Notes under the pieces: model-generated
What the model was told of the DNA's origin: nothing
The model's database searches: none
The model's input: the letters and a program-made list of their open reading frames with translations, nothing else
Translations under genes and position numbers: made by a program
Part shown: positions 8,282 through 17,363 of the stretch, piece by piece
Numbering within the stretch: position 1 is the first letter of the stretch
Layout: every line of letters begins with the position of its first letter
NCBI GenBank assembly: GCA_964484095.1
Contig: CAZAEB010000001.1
Span: 1,655 to 65,654 of the forward strand
Reading direction: 5' to 3'
DNA from: an uncultured Gammaproteobacteria bacterium
GTDB lineage: Bacteria > Patescibacteriota > Microgenomatia > UBA12405 > BS750m-G30
DNA length: 64,000 bases

Positions 8282-9651
8282 TTTTCCTTCTTAGGATCAG
8301 TGATCAGTTTAATTCCCAACTCTCTCAGCTGTTTTGGGTCAACCTTAGAAGGAGCATTCATGACCGCAGTTCTGCCCCTGGCTGTCACCGGAAAAGCAAT
8401 TGTCTCTCGAATGTTTTTCTCTCCAGTAGCCAACATTACCAACCTGTCAAAACCAAGAGCTATCCCTCCATGAGGAGGAACCCCGTAACTAAAAGCCTTA
8501 AGAAGATGACCAAACTTTTCCGTAATATCTTTTTTTGAATGACCTAAAATAGAAAATATCTTTTCCTGAATTTTAGGATCGGTAATCCTAATACTTCCTC
8601 CCGCCACCTCATGGCCGTTGCAAATCAAATCGTATTGCCAAGACCTCATTTTTAGGGGATCTTTTTCTAAAAAGGGTAGATCTTCCGGATTGGGAGAAGT
8701 AAACGGATGATGAATAGGACCCAATTTTCTGGTTTCGGTTTTTTCAAAAAGAGGAAAATCAACCACCCAAGCAAAGCCAAGCGAATCGTCAGATTTATCA
8801 CTTCTGATGTCAAATTTGTCATCACCATATTTTTTCATCGCCTCTTTATAACTAATTCTTGGAAAAGGCTTTTTAAATATCTTTTTACCTACTGCTTTGA
8901 AAACCTCAATTACCACCGATTCGATAATATCCAAAACCTCATCCCTGCTAACAAAAGACATCTCGATATCAACCTGAGTAAACTCATATTGACGACTGGC
9001 ACGAATATCTTCATCACGAAAACAACGAACCAGCTGAAAATACTTCTCTATTCCACCAACCATTAAAAGCTGTTTGTATTGCTGAGGAGATTGAGGAAGA
9101 GCATAAAATAAGCCTTTGTTATATCTAGAAGGCACCAAAAAATCTCTTGCTCCTTCCGGAGTAGACTTACTAAGATATGGGGTTTCAATTTCCCAAAAAT
9201 CTCGACTTGAGAGTGACTGGCGAAAACTTTGCAAAAGATTATGACGAGTTTTCAAAATATTTTTCATCCTTTCTCGACGGATATCCAGATAGCGATATTC
9301 TAAACGAACTTCTTCATTGATTTCCTTTCCATCACTGTGGATATCAAATGGAAGAGGGTTAGACTTTGATAAAAGTTCAATCTTTTCTATCTGAATTTCA
9401 ACCTTGCCTGTAGGAATTTTTTCATTAACAAATTTTGACTGTCTTTCAACAACTGTTCCTAAAACAGAAACAACATCCTCCTCAGAAAAACCTTTCAGTT
9501 TTGAATCGCCAACCATCTGGACAAAACCACTGCGATCACGAAGATCAAGAAAAATCACTTTTCCATGGTCTCTTTTAGAATCAATCCAGCCAAAAAGAAC
9601 TACTTTTTGGCCTATTTTTTCTGGTATCTCGCAAACAGTTGTTCTTTTCAT
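8278..9651 (-). CDS. aspS: aspartyl-tRNA synthetase, bacterial type but lacking the GAD insertion domain
   Basis: 457 aa. N-terminal OB fold. Motif 2 CFRDEDIRASRQYEFTQVD. The sequence runs directly from YGDDKFDIR to WVVDFPLFE...HHPFTSP with no room for the roughly 130-aa GAD domain. Motif 3 GFDRLVMLATG. Confidence 0.85.
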   Translation of the reverse strand: MKRTTVCEIPEKIGQKVVLFGWIDSKRDHGKVIFLDLRDRSGFVQMVGDSKLKGFSEEDVVSVLGTVVERQSKFVNEKIPTGKVEIQIEKIELLSKSNPLPFDIHSDGKEINEEVRLEYRYLDIRRERMKNILKTRHNLLQSFRQSLSSRDFWEIETPYLSKSTPEGARDFLVPSRYNKGLFYALPQSPQQYKQLLMVGGIEKYFQLVRCFRDEDIRASRQYEFTQVDIEMSFVSRDEVLDIIESVVIEVFKAVGKKIFKKPFPRISYKEAMKKYGDDKFDIRSDKSDDSLGFAWVVDFPLFEKTETRKLGPIHHPFTSPNPEDLPFLEKDPLKMRSWQYDLICNGHEVAGGSIRITDPKIQEKIFSILGHSKKDITEKFGHLLKAFSYGVPPHGGIALGFDRLVMLATGEKNIRETIAFPVTARGRTAVMNAPSKVDPKQLRELGIKLITDPKKEK

Positions 9652-9663
9652 TTTTTGCCTTCG

Positions 9664-11337
9664 TTATTCTACCACTTTTTTTGATAGCTTTAAATCTGTC
9701 AATCGCAAAACCATCTTTTTCCTTCCTTGCCAAATATTTTCCTCAAAACAAGCCGCTATATCAACCAAATCTCCATTCTTTATCTTTGTCAACCAATTAC
9801 CAAGTCCAAAACCAATTGACTCACAAACCTGTTTCTCTAAAGGTTTAGTTTCAGGATCATCTAGTAAAAGTTTTAAATGACTGCCGCCGTTGCCAACCGT
9901 CTTAACCTCGATTACCCTTAAATTTTTAAAAATAAATAATGGCTCTGGATTACCAATCCCAAAGGGAGACATTTTAGAAATCGTTCTATAATTTACTACG
10001 TTTACACTATTAAGTTTTAGTTGGGCTTCAATATCAATACTCCCTTGAAGACTTTTTTTGCTCAATTTCTTTTCGGCTATTTTATTAAGCTTTTTTTCAA
10101 AAGCAGGTATTTTTTTTGCAGGTATTGTAAAACCTGCCGCTAAAGAATGACCGCCCACATCTACCAGTAGATCACCCATTTGTCTTAAGGTTCTAACAAT
10201 ATTAAACCCTTCTACAGATCTGGCCGAACCATATCCAAACCCATCCTCAATACTAATAACCACCGCTGGTCGACTATACACATTTGCAAGCTTTCCGGCA
10301 ATTAATCCGACAATTCCCCGGTGATACTCACTGCTTGAAGAAATGATTATCTGAGGCGGTTTTTTATTTTCTAAAAACTCATTTTCAACAATCAGAAATC
10401 CTTTCCCTGTTAAATCTTGCCGCTTGCTATTCACCTGGCAGGCATGTCTTGCCAAAAGCTCGCCTTTTTCCTTATCCCGAACGCAGATTAACTTAAGCCC
10501 ATCAAGAGAATTAGCAATCCTGCCCAAAGCATTTAACCTGGGAGCGATACTAAAAGAAATTTTTTGGGTATCGATTTTTTCCCCTTCAATTCCTGCCTGA
10601 CGAAAAAGACTTATTAGGCCGGGTCTTTTAGTCTTTTCAAGATAAGTAGCTCCGTATTTTATTATCCTTCTGTTTAGTCCTAAAACCGGCAGCATATCTG
10701 CCACCGTTCCTAGCGCCGCTAATCCTAAATCAGGAAAAGAAAGATTGGGTAAAGACACATATTTTAAAAAGAACCAGGTTACTCCACTACCGGAAAGAGA
10801 GGTTGAGTGAACAACCGCTGTCGCCTGGGGAAGTTGTTTTCCCTCCAGATGATGATCGATAATGATTGTGTCTATTCCTTTGCTTTTCAACTCCCTTACC
10901 GCCTTATTGGCGACAATACCGTTATCAACAGTAATAACCAGTCCAATATCAGGAAATTTCTTTTTAATCTTAAAAACTTTTGAGGAATTCAAACCATATC
11001 CGTCTTTATTTCGATCAGGAATATGAGGAATAACCTGAACTCCGGCAAAATGGAGTCCTTCCCATAAAAGCGCAGTACTACAAAAACCATCAACATCATA
11101 ATCGCCATAAATCAAAATCCTTTCCTTTTTCTCAATCGCTTCTTTTATCCTTTCCCCTGCTTTTGTTATCTCTTTTTCGTTTATGCCTGTTTTGTTAATA
11201 CTTACCTCATCAAGAGAAGTGGGATTTAAAAACTCATCAATTTCTTTAGCCTTTTTAATTCCCCGGTTCCAAAGTAGGTATTTTAGAAGGTTATCGCCTG
11301 TCAGCTTTTTTTTCAAAAAAGGATTATTTTTTTTCAT
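9664..11337 (-). CDS. recJ: single-stranded-DNA-specific exonuclease RecJ
   Basis: DHH motifs ILIYGDYDVDGFCSTALL and IIIDHH. DHHA1 region GGHSLAAGF. The ORF is open back to 11475, but the likely start is the Met at 11337 (MKKNNPF...), which leaves the cca promoter free. Confidence 0.85.
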   Translation of the reverse strand: MKKNNPFLKKKLTGDNLLKYLLWNRGIKKAKEIDEFLNPTSLDEVSINKTGINEKEITKAGERIKEAIEKKERILIYGDYDVDGFCSTALLWEGLHFAGVQVIPHIPDRNKDGYGLNSSKVFKIKKKFPDIGLVITVDNGIVANKAVRELKSKGIDTIIIDHHLEGKQLPQATAVVHSTSLSGSGVTWFFLKYVSLPNLSFPDLGLAALGTVADMLPVLGLNRRIIKYGATYLEKTKRPGLISLFRQAGIEGEKIDTQKISFSIAPRLNALGRIANSLDGLKLICVRDKEKGELLARHACQVNSKRQDLTGKGFLIVENEFLENKKPPQIIISSSSEYHRGIVGLIAGKLANVYSRPAVVISIEDGFGYGSARSVEGFNIVRTLRQMGDLLVDVGGHSLAAGFTIPAKKIPAFEKKLNKIAEKKLSKKSLQGSIDIEAQLKLNSVNVVNYRTISKMSPFGIGNPEPLFIFKNLRVIEVKTVGNGGSHLKLLLDDPETKPLEKQVCESIGFGLGNWLTKIKNGDLVDIAACFEENIWQGRKKMVLRLTDLKLSKKVVE

Positions 11338-11360
11338 TACCCATCTCATACCATCTATTA

Positions 11361-11366
11361 TATAAT
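11361..11366 (+). promoter_or_regulatory. -10 (TATAAT), 8 nt upstream of the cca ATG at 11375; leaderless-type
   Basis: tattaTATAATaggtcagcATG. Confidence 0.35.
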
Positions 11367-11374
11367 AGGTCAGC

Positions 11375-12730
11375 ATGAACACCAATCTTCCATTATTAAT
11401 TAAAAAAATAGCTAAAAACTTTATCAACAACAACTTTGAAATATATCTTGTCGGTGGCGCAGCCAGAGACATCATTATGAACAGAAAGGTTCACGACTGG
11501 GATCTTACTACCAATGCCACTCCGGAGCAAATACTGAAAATTTTTCCCAAAAACAGTTTTTATAATAACCGATTCGGAACAGTAGGAATAACAACTAGTG
11601 AAAAAGAAGTAGTCGAAGTAACTACCTTTAGAAAAGAATTAAATTACACTGACAAAAGACATCCGGAAAAAGTCAAATGGGGGAAAACAATTAAAGATGA
11701 CCTTTCTCGGAGAGACTTTACAATAAACGCAATTGCGGTAAAGCTTTCTTTTAAAGCCAGTAGCTTAATTAGTGAAATATTTGATCCTTTCAAAGGACAA
11801 AAAGATATCAAAAGTAAAACAATTATCGCGGTTGGAGATCCCAACGATAGATTTTCCGAGGATGCTTTAAGAATGATTCGAGCAATTAGAATTGCTTCTC
11901 AGATTGGTTTTATCATTGAAGATAAAACATTTGCCTCGATAATAAAAAATTCTGGCCTGATAAAAAAAATCTCCTGGGAAAGAATAAGAGACGAACTTTT
12001 TAAAATCCTGGTCAGCGCCCACCCCAACCAAGGAATCTGCTTTCTTTATAGCTCAAAACTACTTTCTCACATTCTTCCCGAACTAATCGTTGGAAAAGGT
12101 GTAGAACAGGCCAAACACCACACCGACGATGTTTGGACTCACTGCCTTAAATCCCTGGAGAACACCCCATCAAAAGACCCTATTGTTAAACTGGCCGCTC
12201 TTATTCATGATGTCGGTAAGCCATTTACCGCCCAAGGCGAAGGAGAAAAAAGAACTTTTTACAATCATGAAATTGCCGGTGGCAGAATTGCAAATGAAAT
12301 CGGCAAAAGACTCAAGCTTTCCAAAAAAGATCTAATCAGACTTAGAAAACTGGTTCGCTGGCATCAGTTTAGTGTAGATGAAAAACAAACCGATAAAGCA
12401 CTAAGAAGATTTGTCCGCCATATTGGCAAAGAAAACTTAAAAGACATATTAAAAGTAAGAGCTGGAGACAGGCTGGGAAGCGGGGTAGGAAAAACCTCCT
12501 GGCGAACCGAGCTTTTCAAAAAAAGATTAATAGAAGTTCAAAAACAACCGTTTTCAATAAAAGACCTCAAGATTAACGGGAAAGATGTAATGAAAACTCT
12601 CAACATTCCTCCCGGGCCAGAGATAGGCAATGTATTAACCGCTCTTTTTGAAGAAGTAGAAGATAATAAAGATCTCAATAATAGAAAAGATCTCTTAAAA
12701 AGAATGCTGGAAATTAAAAAAGGAAAGTAA
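11375..12730 (+). CDS. cca: CCA-adding tRNA nucleotidyltransferase with HD domain
   Basis: 451 aa. Pol-beta NTase motif LVGGAARDIIMNRKVHDWDLTT. HD domain HDVGK. Confidence 0.85.
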   Translation: MNTNLPLLIKKIAKNFINNNFEIYLVGGAARDIIMNRKVHDWDLTTNATPEQILKIFPKNSFYNNRFGTVGITTSEKEVVEVTTFRKELNYTDKRHPEKVKWGKTIKDDLSRRDFTINAIAVKLSFKASSLISEIFDPFKGQKDIKSKTIIAVGDPNDRFSEDALRMIRAIRIASQIGFIIEDKTFASIIKNSGLIKKISWERIRDELFKILVSAHPNQGICFLYSSKLLSHILPELIVGKGVEQAKHHTDDVWTHCLKSLENTPSKDPIVKLAALIHDVGKPFTAQGEGEKRTFYNHEIAGGRIANEIGKRLKLSKKDLIRLRKLVRWHQFSVDEKQTDKALRRFVRHIGKENLKDILKVRAGDRLGSGVGKTSWRTELFKKRLIEVQKQPFSIKDLKINGKDVMKTLNIPPGPEIGNVLTALFEEVEDNKDLNNRKDLLKRMLEIKKGK

Positions 12731-12731
12731 A

Positions 12732-13604
12732 TTACCTCACCTTTTTTTTATTAATCAGCCTCTCCCAAACTACCAAAAGAGGTACCGCAGTAAATGTCGA
12801 GGAATAGGTTCCTAAAACAGTTCCAATTAGCAACGCCAACCCAAACCAGCGAGTAGACTCCCCTCCCAGTAAAAATAGAGAGGCAAGAACGAAAATAATC
12901 GTCATTGAGTTATTTATTGAACGAACCAAAGTTTCTCCTACCGCCATGTCAGCAACATCAGTAACAGAAGATTTTCCATAAATCTTTTTAAGCTCTCTGA
13001 TTCGATCATAAACCACTACCGTATCATGAACGGAAAAAGAAAGAATCGTTAAAAATGCGGTTACAAAAAGAGCATCAACTTCAATTCCCATAAAATGACC
13101 CAAAAGACTAAATGAGCCCACTAAAATTAAACTGTCATGAAGCATCGCCAAAACAGCACACACCCCAAACTTAAAGCTTTTAAAACGAAGATTAATATAT
13201 AGAAGAATTGAAAGGGCGGCAATTAACACGCCGGTCAACGCTTTTACCAAAAGCTCCTGGCCCAAACTAGGACCTAAAGACTCAAAACGAAGCTCACTAA
13301 ATTCACCTACTTCTTCTTCTAAGACCTTTTCCCACTCCTGTTTCAACTCACCACTGTCATGGGTAGATTTAATCAAAAACTCGCCTCCACCAAGCTCCTG
13401 AACGCTTAAAAGCTTCTCGCTAGACCCTAAAGAGCCGGCTACTTTCTCCATTGCTGCTTTTTGGGAAAAAGAAATCTCCCATAGATTGCCGCCAACAAAA
13501 TCAATAGAAGGTTTCAGTCCCCAGCTAAGCAAAGAAAACATGCTAATAACAATAAGAATGGCTGACAATGAAAAATACAACCATCGCAGATGCATAAACC
13601 TCAT
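12732..13604 (-). CDS. secF: protein translocase subunit SecF
   Basis: 290 aa. Polytopic membrane protein with the SecF periplasmic domain. ATGA overlap with secD. Confidence 0.85.
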   Translation of the reverse strand: MRFMHLRWLYFSLSAILIVISMFSLLSWGLKPSIDFVGGNLWEISFSQKAAMEKVAGSLGSSEKLLSVQELGGGEFLIKSTHDSGELKQEWEKVLEEEVGEFSELRFESLGPSLGQELLVKALTGVLIAALSILLYINLRFKSFKFGVCAVLAMLHDSLILVGSFSLLGHFMGIEVDALFVTAFLTILSFSVHDTVVVYDRIRELKKIYGKSSVTDVADMAVGETLVRSINNSMTIIFVLASLFLLGGESTRWFGLALLIGTVLGTYSSTFTAVPLLVVWERLINKKKVR

Positions 13605-14866
13605 CTTTTGCCTCCCTTGCCATACAAAACTCTCATAATTGTTCTGACAACAACAATTCCAGTGAACATTTCAATAATTACTCCCAATCCTAAGGTAAGG
13701 GCAAAGCCTCTTACCATTCCTGAAGTATTTAAAAACGTCCAATCAAAAGGATTAAAAAGAATTAGGGTGGTAATTAATGTGCAAATATTGGCATCTCTTA
13801 TTGATTCCCAAGCCCTGCCAAAACCAAGCTCCATTGCTATCCGCCAGGGTCTTCCCAGTCTAATTTCCTCCTTCATTCGTTCAAATATCAAAATATTAGA
13901 GTCCACCGCCATTCCTAATGAAAGTAAAAAACCAGCCACTCCTGGCATTGTCAATGTTACCGGAATCAACTTATATAAAGCCAAGCTTAAAATCGCATAG
14001 ATAAGCAGACCAAGATTAGCCAGCATCCCCAATCTTCCATAAAAACCAACCATAAAAAGGGCTACTAACCCGACCCCCACCAAACCAGCTCTTATCCCCT
14101 TGCTAATCGACTCTTCTCCCAAGGTAGCACTAATCGTCCTTTGCTCAATAAGTTCAACTGAAACAGGTAAAGCGCCCGCATTTAACTGACTAACCATCTG
14201 TTTTGCTTCTTCTATGACAAAGTTGCCGCTAATTACCGCCCTGCCGTCAATAATCGGTTCGTTTATCGACGGAGCAGAAACTAAAAAGTTGTCTAAAAAT
14301 ATTGCCATCATCTTGTCAACATTATTTTTGGTTAGCTCGCCAAAGATATCCTTGCCCTTATCATCAAACTCTAAAGACACCTGAGGTTTACCAGTGTTGG
14401 GATCAAAAACAACTTCGGCTTTTTTCAAGTTTGCTCCACTCAAATCAGTTTCTTTTGAAAAAAGATCATAAATCGTGGCCGACTCGGTTGCCTCTGGAGG
14501 AAGATCTGTTTCTAATTTGAAATTTAGTTGGGCTGTCTGACCGATAAGAGCAACTGCTTTTGTGGGATCGACCTCTCCGGGTATCTCAACTACCAGTCGA
14601 TCTTCACTGCTGGTTTTTGATGTTTGAACTACCGCCTCACTCAGTCCAAACATATTGACTCGGCGCTCAATATTGTCTCTCAGCGAAGAAAGCGCTTTTG
14701 CCCTATCTTCCTCTGGAAGTTTATCCGTTTCCGCCCTAAAAACCAGATGAGCTCCACCGGCAAGATCAAGACCTTTTTTTAAAGGCCTGTTTTTGGACAG
14801 ATCCACAACCAATGCCAATGCTGTCAATACCAATATAAACAAAAAGATTGTTTTTGGATTTTTCAC
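13601..14866 (-). CDS. secD: protein translocase subunit SecD
   Basis: 421 aa. SecD architecture with an RND-like C-terminal six-TM bundle. Ends in TGA within an ATGA overlap with secF. Confidence 0.85.
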   Translation of the reverse strand: MKNPKTIFLFILVLTALALVVDLSKNRPLKKGLDLAGGAHLVFRAETDKLPEEDRAKALSSLRDNIERRVNMFGLSEAVVQTSKTSSEDRLVVEIPGEVDPTKAVALIGQTAQLNFKLETDLPPEATESATIYDLFSKETDLSGANLKKAEVVFDPNTGKPQVSLEFDDKGKDIFGELTKNNVDKMMAIFLDNFLVSAPSINEPIIDGRAVISGNFVIEEAKQMVSQLNAGALPVSVELIEQRTISATLGEESISKGIRAGLVGVGLVALFMVGFYGRLGMLANLGLLIYAILSLALYKLIPVTLTMPGVAGFLLSLGMAVDSNILIFERMKEEIRLGRPWRIAMELGFGRAWESIRDANICTLITTLILFNPFDWTFLNTSGMVRGFALTLGLGVIIEMFTGIVVVRTIMRVLYGKGGKR

Positions 14867-15063
14867 TTTATAGATTTCTTTTTGCCGTTTGCAAATAGAA
14901 GTATTTGTTTTGGACGTTTTAAGAATTGAACGGTCATTTTGCTATTATTTTCATCTAAATTAAAATCAACATCGTCGCCGATCTCTACTCCCAGCTGTTT
15001 TGCAAACTCAGAAGGAATTGTTACCGCTATACTGTTGCCTGTTTTTATCACTTTTCTTTTCAT
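14863..15063 (-). CDS. AbrB/MazE/SpoVT-family swapped-hairpin DNA-binding protein (antitoxin-like)
   Basis: 66 aa. KTGNSIAVTIPSEFAKQLGVEIGDDVDF matches the AbrB/MazE looped-hinge-helix signature. 4-nt overlap with the secD start. Confidence 0.7.
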   Translation of the reverse strand: MKRKVIKTGNSIAVTIPSEFAKQLGVEIGDDVDFNLDENNSKMTVQFLKRPKQILLFANGKKKSIK

Positions 15064-15067
15064 TAAA

Positions 15068-15658
15068 CTATGTCTTTGCCAACTCTATTTCGTCACCATA
15101 AATAACCACCGGATTATTGATGAGAATATTTAGCAAAAACGGATCACGACTGGTTTTCCTAAGCTTGAACTCCTCCATATCCATAACTGCATAGTTAATT
15201 TCCCTACCTCTTTTTTCCTCTTCTTTTACCACTAACGCTCCTACCTCGGGAAGAACAGCCTTACCGACAATTAAAAAATCAACCTCGCCTTTGTTTTCTT
15301 CCCAGCGCAAAAAACGACCGGAAAAAAGAACAAACTTTAACTCTCCTAGTTTAGTTCGAGACTTTATTATCTGACCTCCCAAACCATCCACTCTAGCAAT
15401 AAGCTCCAACATTATTTGAAAAAAAGGATAGTTGTAATCAATCGAAAAAAATAGCCGGTTACCTCGTCGCTCTGACTGCAAAACCCCAGCTTTTTTCAAG
15501 TTATTTAGCTCTCTTCTAACCGAATTTAGCTCTTCCTCACTAAGCCTAGACGCTTCTCTGACATAATAAGCCTCTTTGGGCCGACTAAAAAACAGTTTTA
15601 AAAGCTTAAATCTTGTTTTTGAAACAATTATCCTGCCAAGACTTTTATTTAGATCCAT
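15068..15658 (-). CDS. winged-helix regulator fused to a minimal nucleotidyltransferase-like domain
   Basis: 196 aa. The N-terminal roughly 90 aa look like a wHTH (ASRLSEEELNSVRRELNNLKKAGVLQSERRGNRLFFSI). The C-terminal part carries a G[SG]x9-13DxD-like motif FSGRFLRWEENKGEVDFLIVG, as in MNT/Pol-beta NTases. Assignment is by motif only. Confidence 0.5.
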   Translation of the reverse strand: MDLNKSLGRIIVSKTRFKLLKLFFSRPKEAYYVREASRLSEEELNSVRRELNNLKKAGVLQSERRGNRLFFSIDYNYPFFQIMLELIARVDGLGGQIIKSRTKLGELKFVLFSGRFLRWEENKGEVDFLIVGKAVLPEVGALVVKEEEKRGREINYAVMDMEEFKLRKTSRDPFLLNILINNPVVIYGDEIELAKT

Positions 15659-16829
15659 AAGTAACTTTATTTCCTTTGGGCAGAATCTCTATCCAAACTA
15701 ATCCACGGTTTAGTTCAATCTCCTTGCCGCGACTATCAAAAAATACTGTTCTTGATTCTCTATCTTCTTTGCTCCAACTGCCGACAATCGCCTCACCGTC
15801 CTGAAAAATTATCGCCTCACCTTTTCCAGTTGTTGCGTACAAAATATGCTTGTGATCGTCAACCGGACCAGTTTCCTTGGCAAATTGGACAACAACTACT
15901 TTGGCTTTTATGGCATCGCCAGTCAAAAAGTCTTTTTGAACCTCATCACCATTAGACCGCTGGTAATTATTATTCTCTTTATTATACTCCCAACTGACCC
16001 CATAAGCACCATAGCCTTGCCAAAAGTAAATATCAATCTTATCCTCACTTCCTCTTTCATCTAATGCTAAATCATCTTTAAAATCCCAAGATCTAAAATC
16101 GCTTTTCCACTGATCAAAACCTCTTTCTTGAGCCTCTTGCCAGAGATTAACTGTGTCGCAATACATTGTGTGCTCGGTTGCTCGAGCCTCGCCAGTTCTA
16201 TCTGGTTCACGACGACAAACAGAATATGGAAGAGCAAACTGATCCAAATCATTCCAACTGCCACTATCCTTCCAACCATACTGCTCAATCTGACACAACG
16301 CCTTGGCTCTCGTGTCCACAGTCGTATCACTACACTTACCTGCTCCACCGACATGAACATAAAGAGGATTTTCATCATATTCTGAAGCCCAATCTAAAAA
16401 ATATGTTCTTGCCGATCTAACTGGCCCCAAATCATATTTTTTTTCTGCCGGAGCAGCTACACCGCAATAAAAAACCCCCATAAATCTAGTAATCGCCCCC
16501 TCGGCAACCGCTTCATAAATAACATCAGCGCGAGAAAGACCTGACTGAGGCCTTGAATTCTCATGATTCTCAATCATTACTAAAAGCGGCTTTCTTTCCT
16601 GCCAGATTTCTTTTTCTCCTTTAGTATACATTTTCCCATTAATTGGACACTCCTGATCTTTGGGAGCAGAAAGATCGATACTCCCGGAGGAACCAACCTG
16701 TGAATCAGATATTGGAGAAACTATTCTTTGCTCCTCTCCCAACGATAAAGCGGCAAAAACTCCTCCTGTAGAAATTAAATAAGCGCCAACAAAAAAAAGC
16801 CAATATTTTCCAGATATTTTTTTTATCAC
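15645..16829 (-). CDS. DUF3048 (YerB-like) secreted/lipoprotein-like protein
   Basis: 394 aa. N-terminal TM/signal. Family-signature stretch LLVMIENHENSRPQSGLSRADVIYEAVAEGAITRFMGVFY. Local GC is about 45-47%, against about 35% for the window. Confidence 0.75.
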   Translation of the reverse strand: MIKKISGKYWLFFVGAYLISTGGVFAALSLGEEQRIVSPISDSQVGSSGSIDLSAPKDQECPINGKMYTKGEKEIWQERKPLLVMIENHENSRPQSGLSRADVIYEAVAEGAITRFMGVFYCGVAAPAEKKYDLGPVRSARTYFLDWASEYDENPLYVHVGGAGKCSDTTVDTRAKALCQIEQYGWKDSGSWNDLDQFALPYSVCRREPDRTGEARATEHTMYCDTVNLWQEAQERGFDQWKSDFRSWDFKDDLALDERGSEDKIDIYFWQGYGAYGVSWEYNKENNNYQRSNGDEVQKDFLTGDAIKAKVVVVQFAKETGPVDDHKHILYATTGKGEAIIFQDGEAIVGSWSKEDRESRTVFFDSRGKEIELNRGLVWIEILPKGNKVTYGSK

Positions 16830-17302
16830 TTTTTTCCTCCCTTAGCATTTTTAACAGCTAACTGTTCCTCCTCAGACAGATCGCCACTTGCAGCTTTTCC
16901 TTTAACTATCGACTTGGCATAAATTCTTGTCGAATCTCTTCCGTGCAAACTGGTAATCATTAGTCCGTCATTATCACCATTTAAAACTACCAGAGAAAAG
17001 CTCTGATTTCCACCTGTATTTGAAAACGGATTATACTTTACCAACCCCGACTTTTGGTAATGGCCACTTATTTGTTTATCAATCTTTGAAATTTCTTCCT
17101 TTACCTGCTTTAAATTATTTTTTGTTTCTTTTCCTTCCTTTAACAAAGCTTCTAAAACAGCCTCTAAATTACCCCTTTTCACCTTTTTTACAAGTCTTTG
17201 ATAATGACCAATTATTCGCCAAAAAAGAATTGTTAAGACAATATTCCAACCTAAAAAAAGTCCTCCGGCAATATAAAGAAATGGATCATCTGGTGTAATC
17301 AT
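16826..17302 (-). CDS. DUF4446-like membrane-anchored protein
   Basis: The ORF is open to 17311 via a TTG codon; the ATG start is at 17302 (MITPDDPF...). N-terminal TM helix. A conserved-looking block YNPFSNTGGNQSFSLVVLNGDNDGLMITSLHGRDSTRIYAKS. 4-nt overlap with the DUF3048 gene. Confidence 0.6.
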   Translation of the reverse strand: MITPDDPFLYIAGGLFLGWNIVLTILFWRIIGHYQRLVKKVKRGNLEAVLEALLKEGKETKNNLKQVKEEISKIDKQISGHYQKSGLVKYNPFSNTGGNQSFSLVVLNGDNDGLMITSLHGRDSTRIYAKSIVKGKAASGDLSEEEQLAVKNAKGGKK

Positions 17303-17311
17303 ATTGTTCAA

Positions 17312-17341
17312 ATTTTACCTTTAGAACAAGACCGGTGTCAA
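17312..17341 (-). promoter_or_regulatory. sigma70-like promoter TTGACA-18-TAAAAT for the DUF4446...secDF operon
   Basis: Minus-strand TTGACA is plus-strand tgtcaa at 17336-17341. TAAAAT is plus-strand atttta at 17312-17317. The -10 ends 9 nt before the ATG at 17302. Confidence 0.45.
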
Positions 17342-17345
17342 CACA

Positions 17346-17354
17346 TGATATAAT
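17346..17354 (+). promoter_or_regulatory. extended -10 (TGaTATAAT), 9 nt upstream of the ATG at 17364
   Basis: tgatataat at 17346-17354. The identical 9-mer recurs in front of rnpB. Confidence 0.45.
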
Positions 17355-17363
17355 GTTTACAAA

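Noticed and set aside
9404-9880. Plus-strand ORFs 9404..9880 and 9639..9848 around the aspS start
   Set aside because: They overlap the aspS 5' end and the recJ 3' end on the other strand. They are Ser/Thr/Phe-rich low-complexity translations typical of antisense reading of AT-rich genes.
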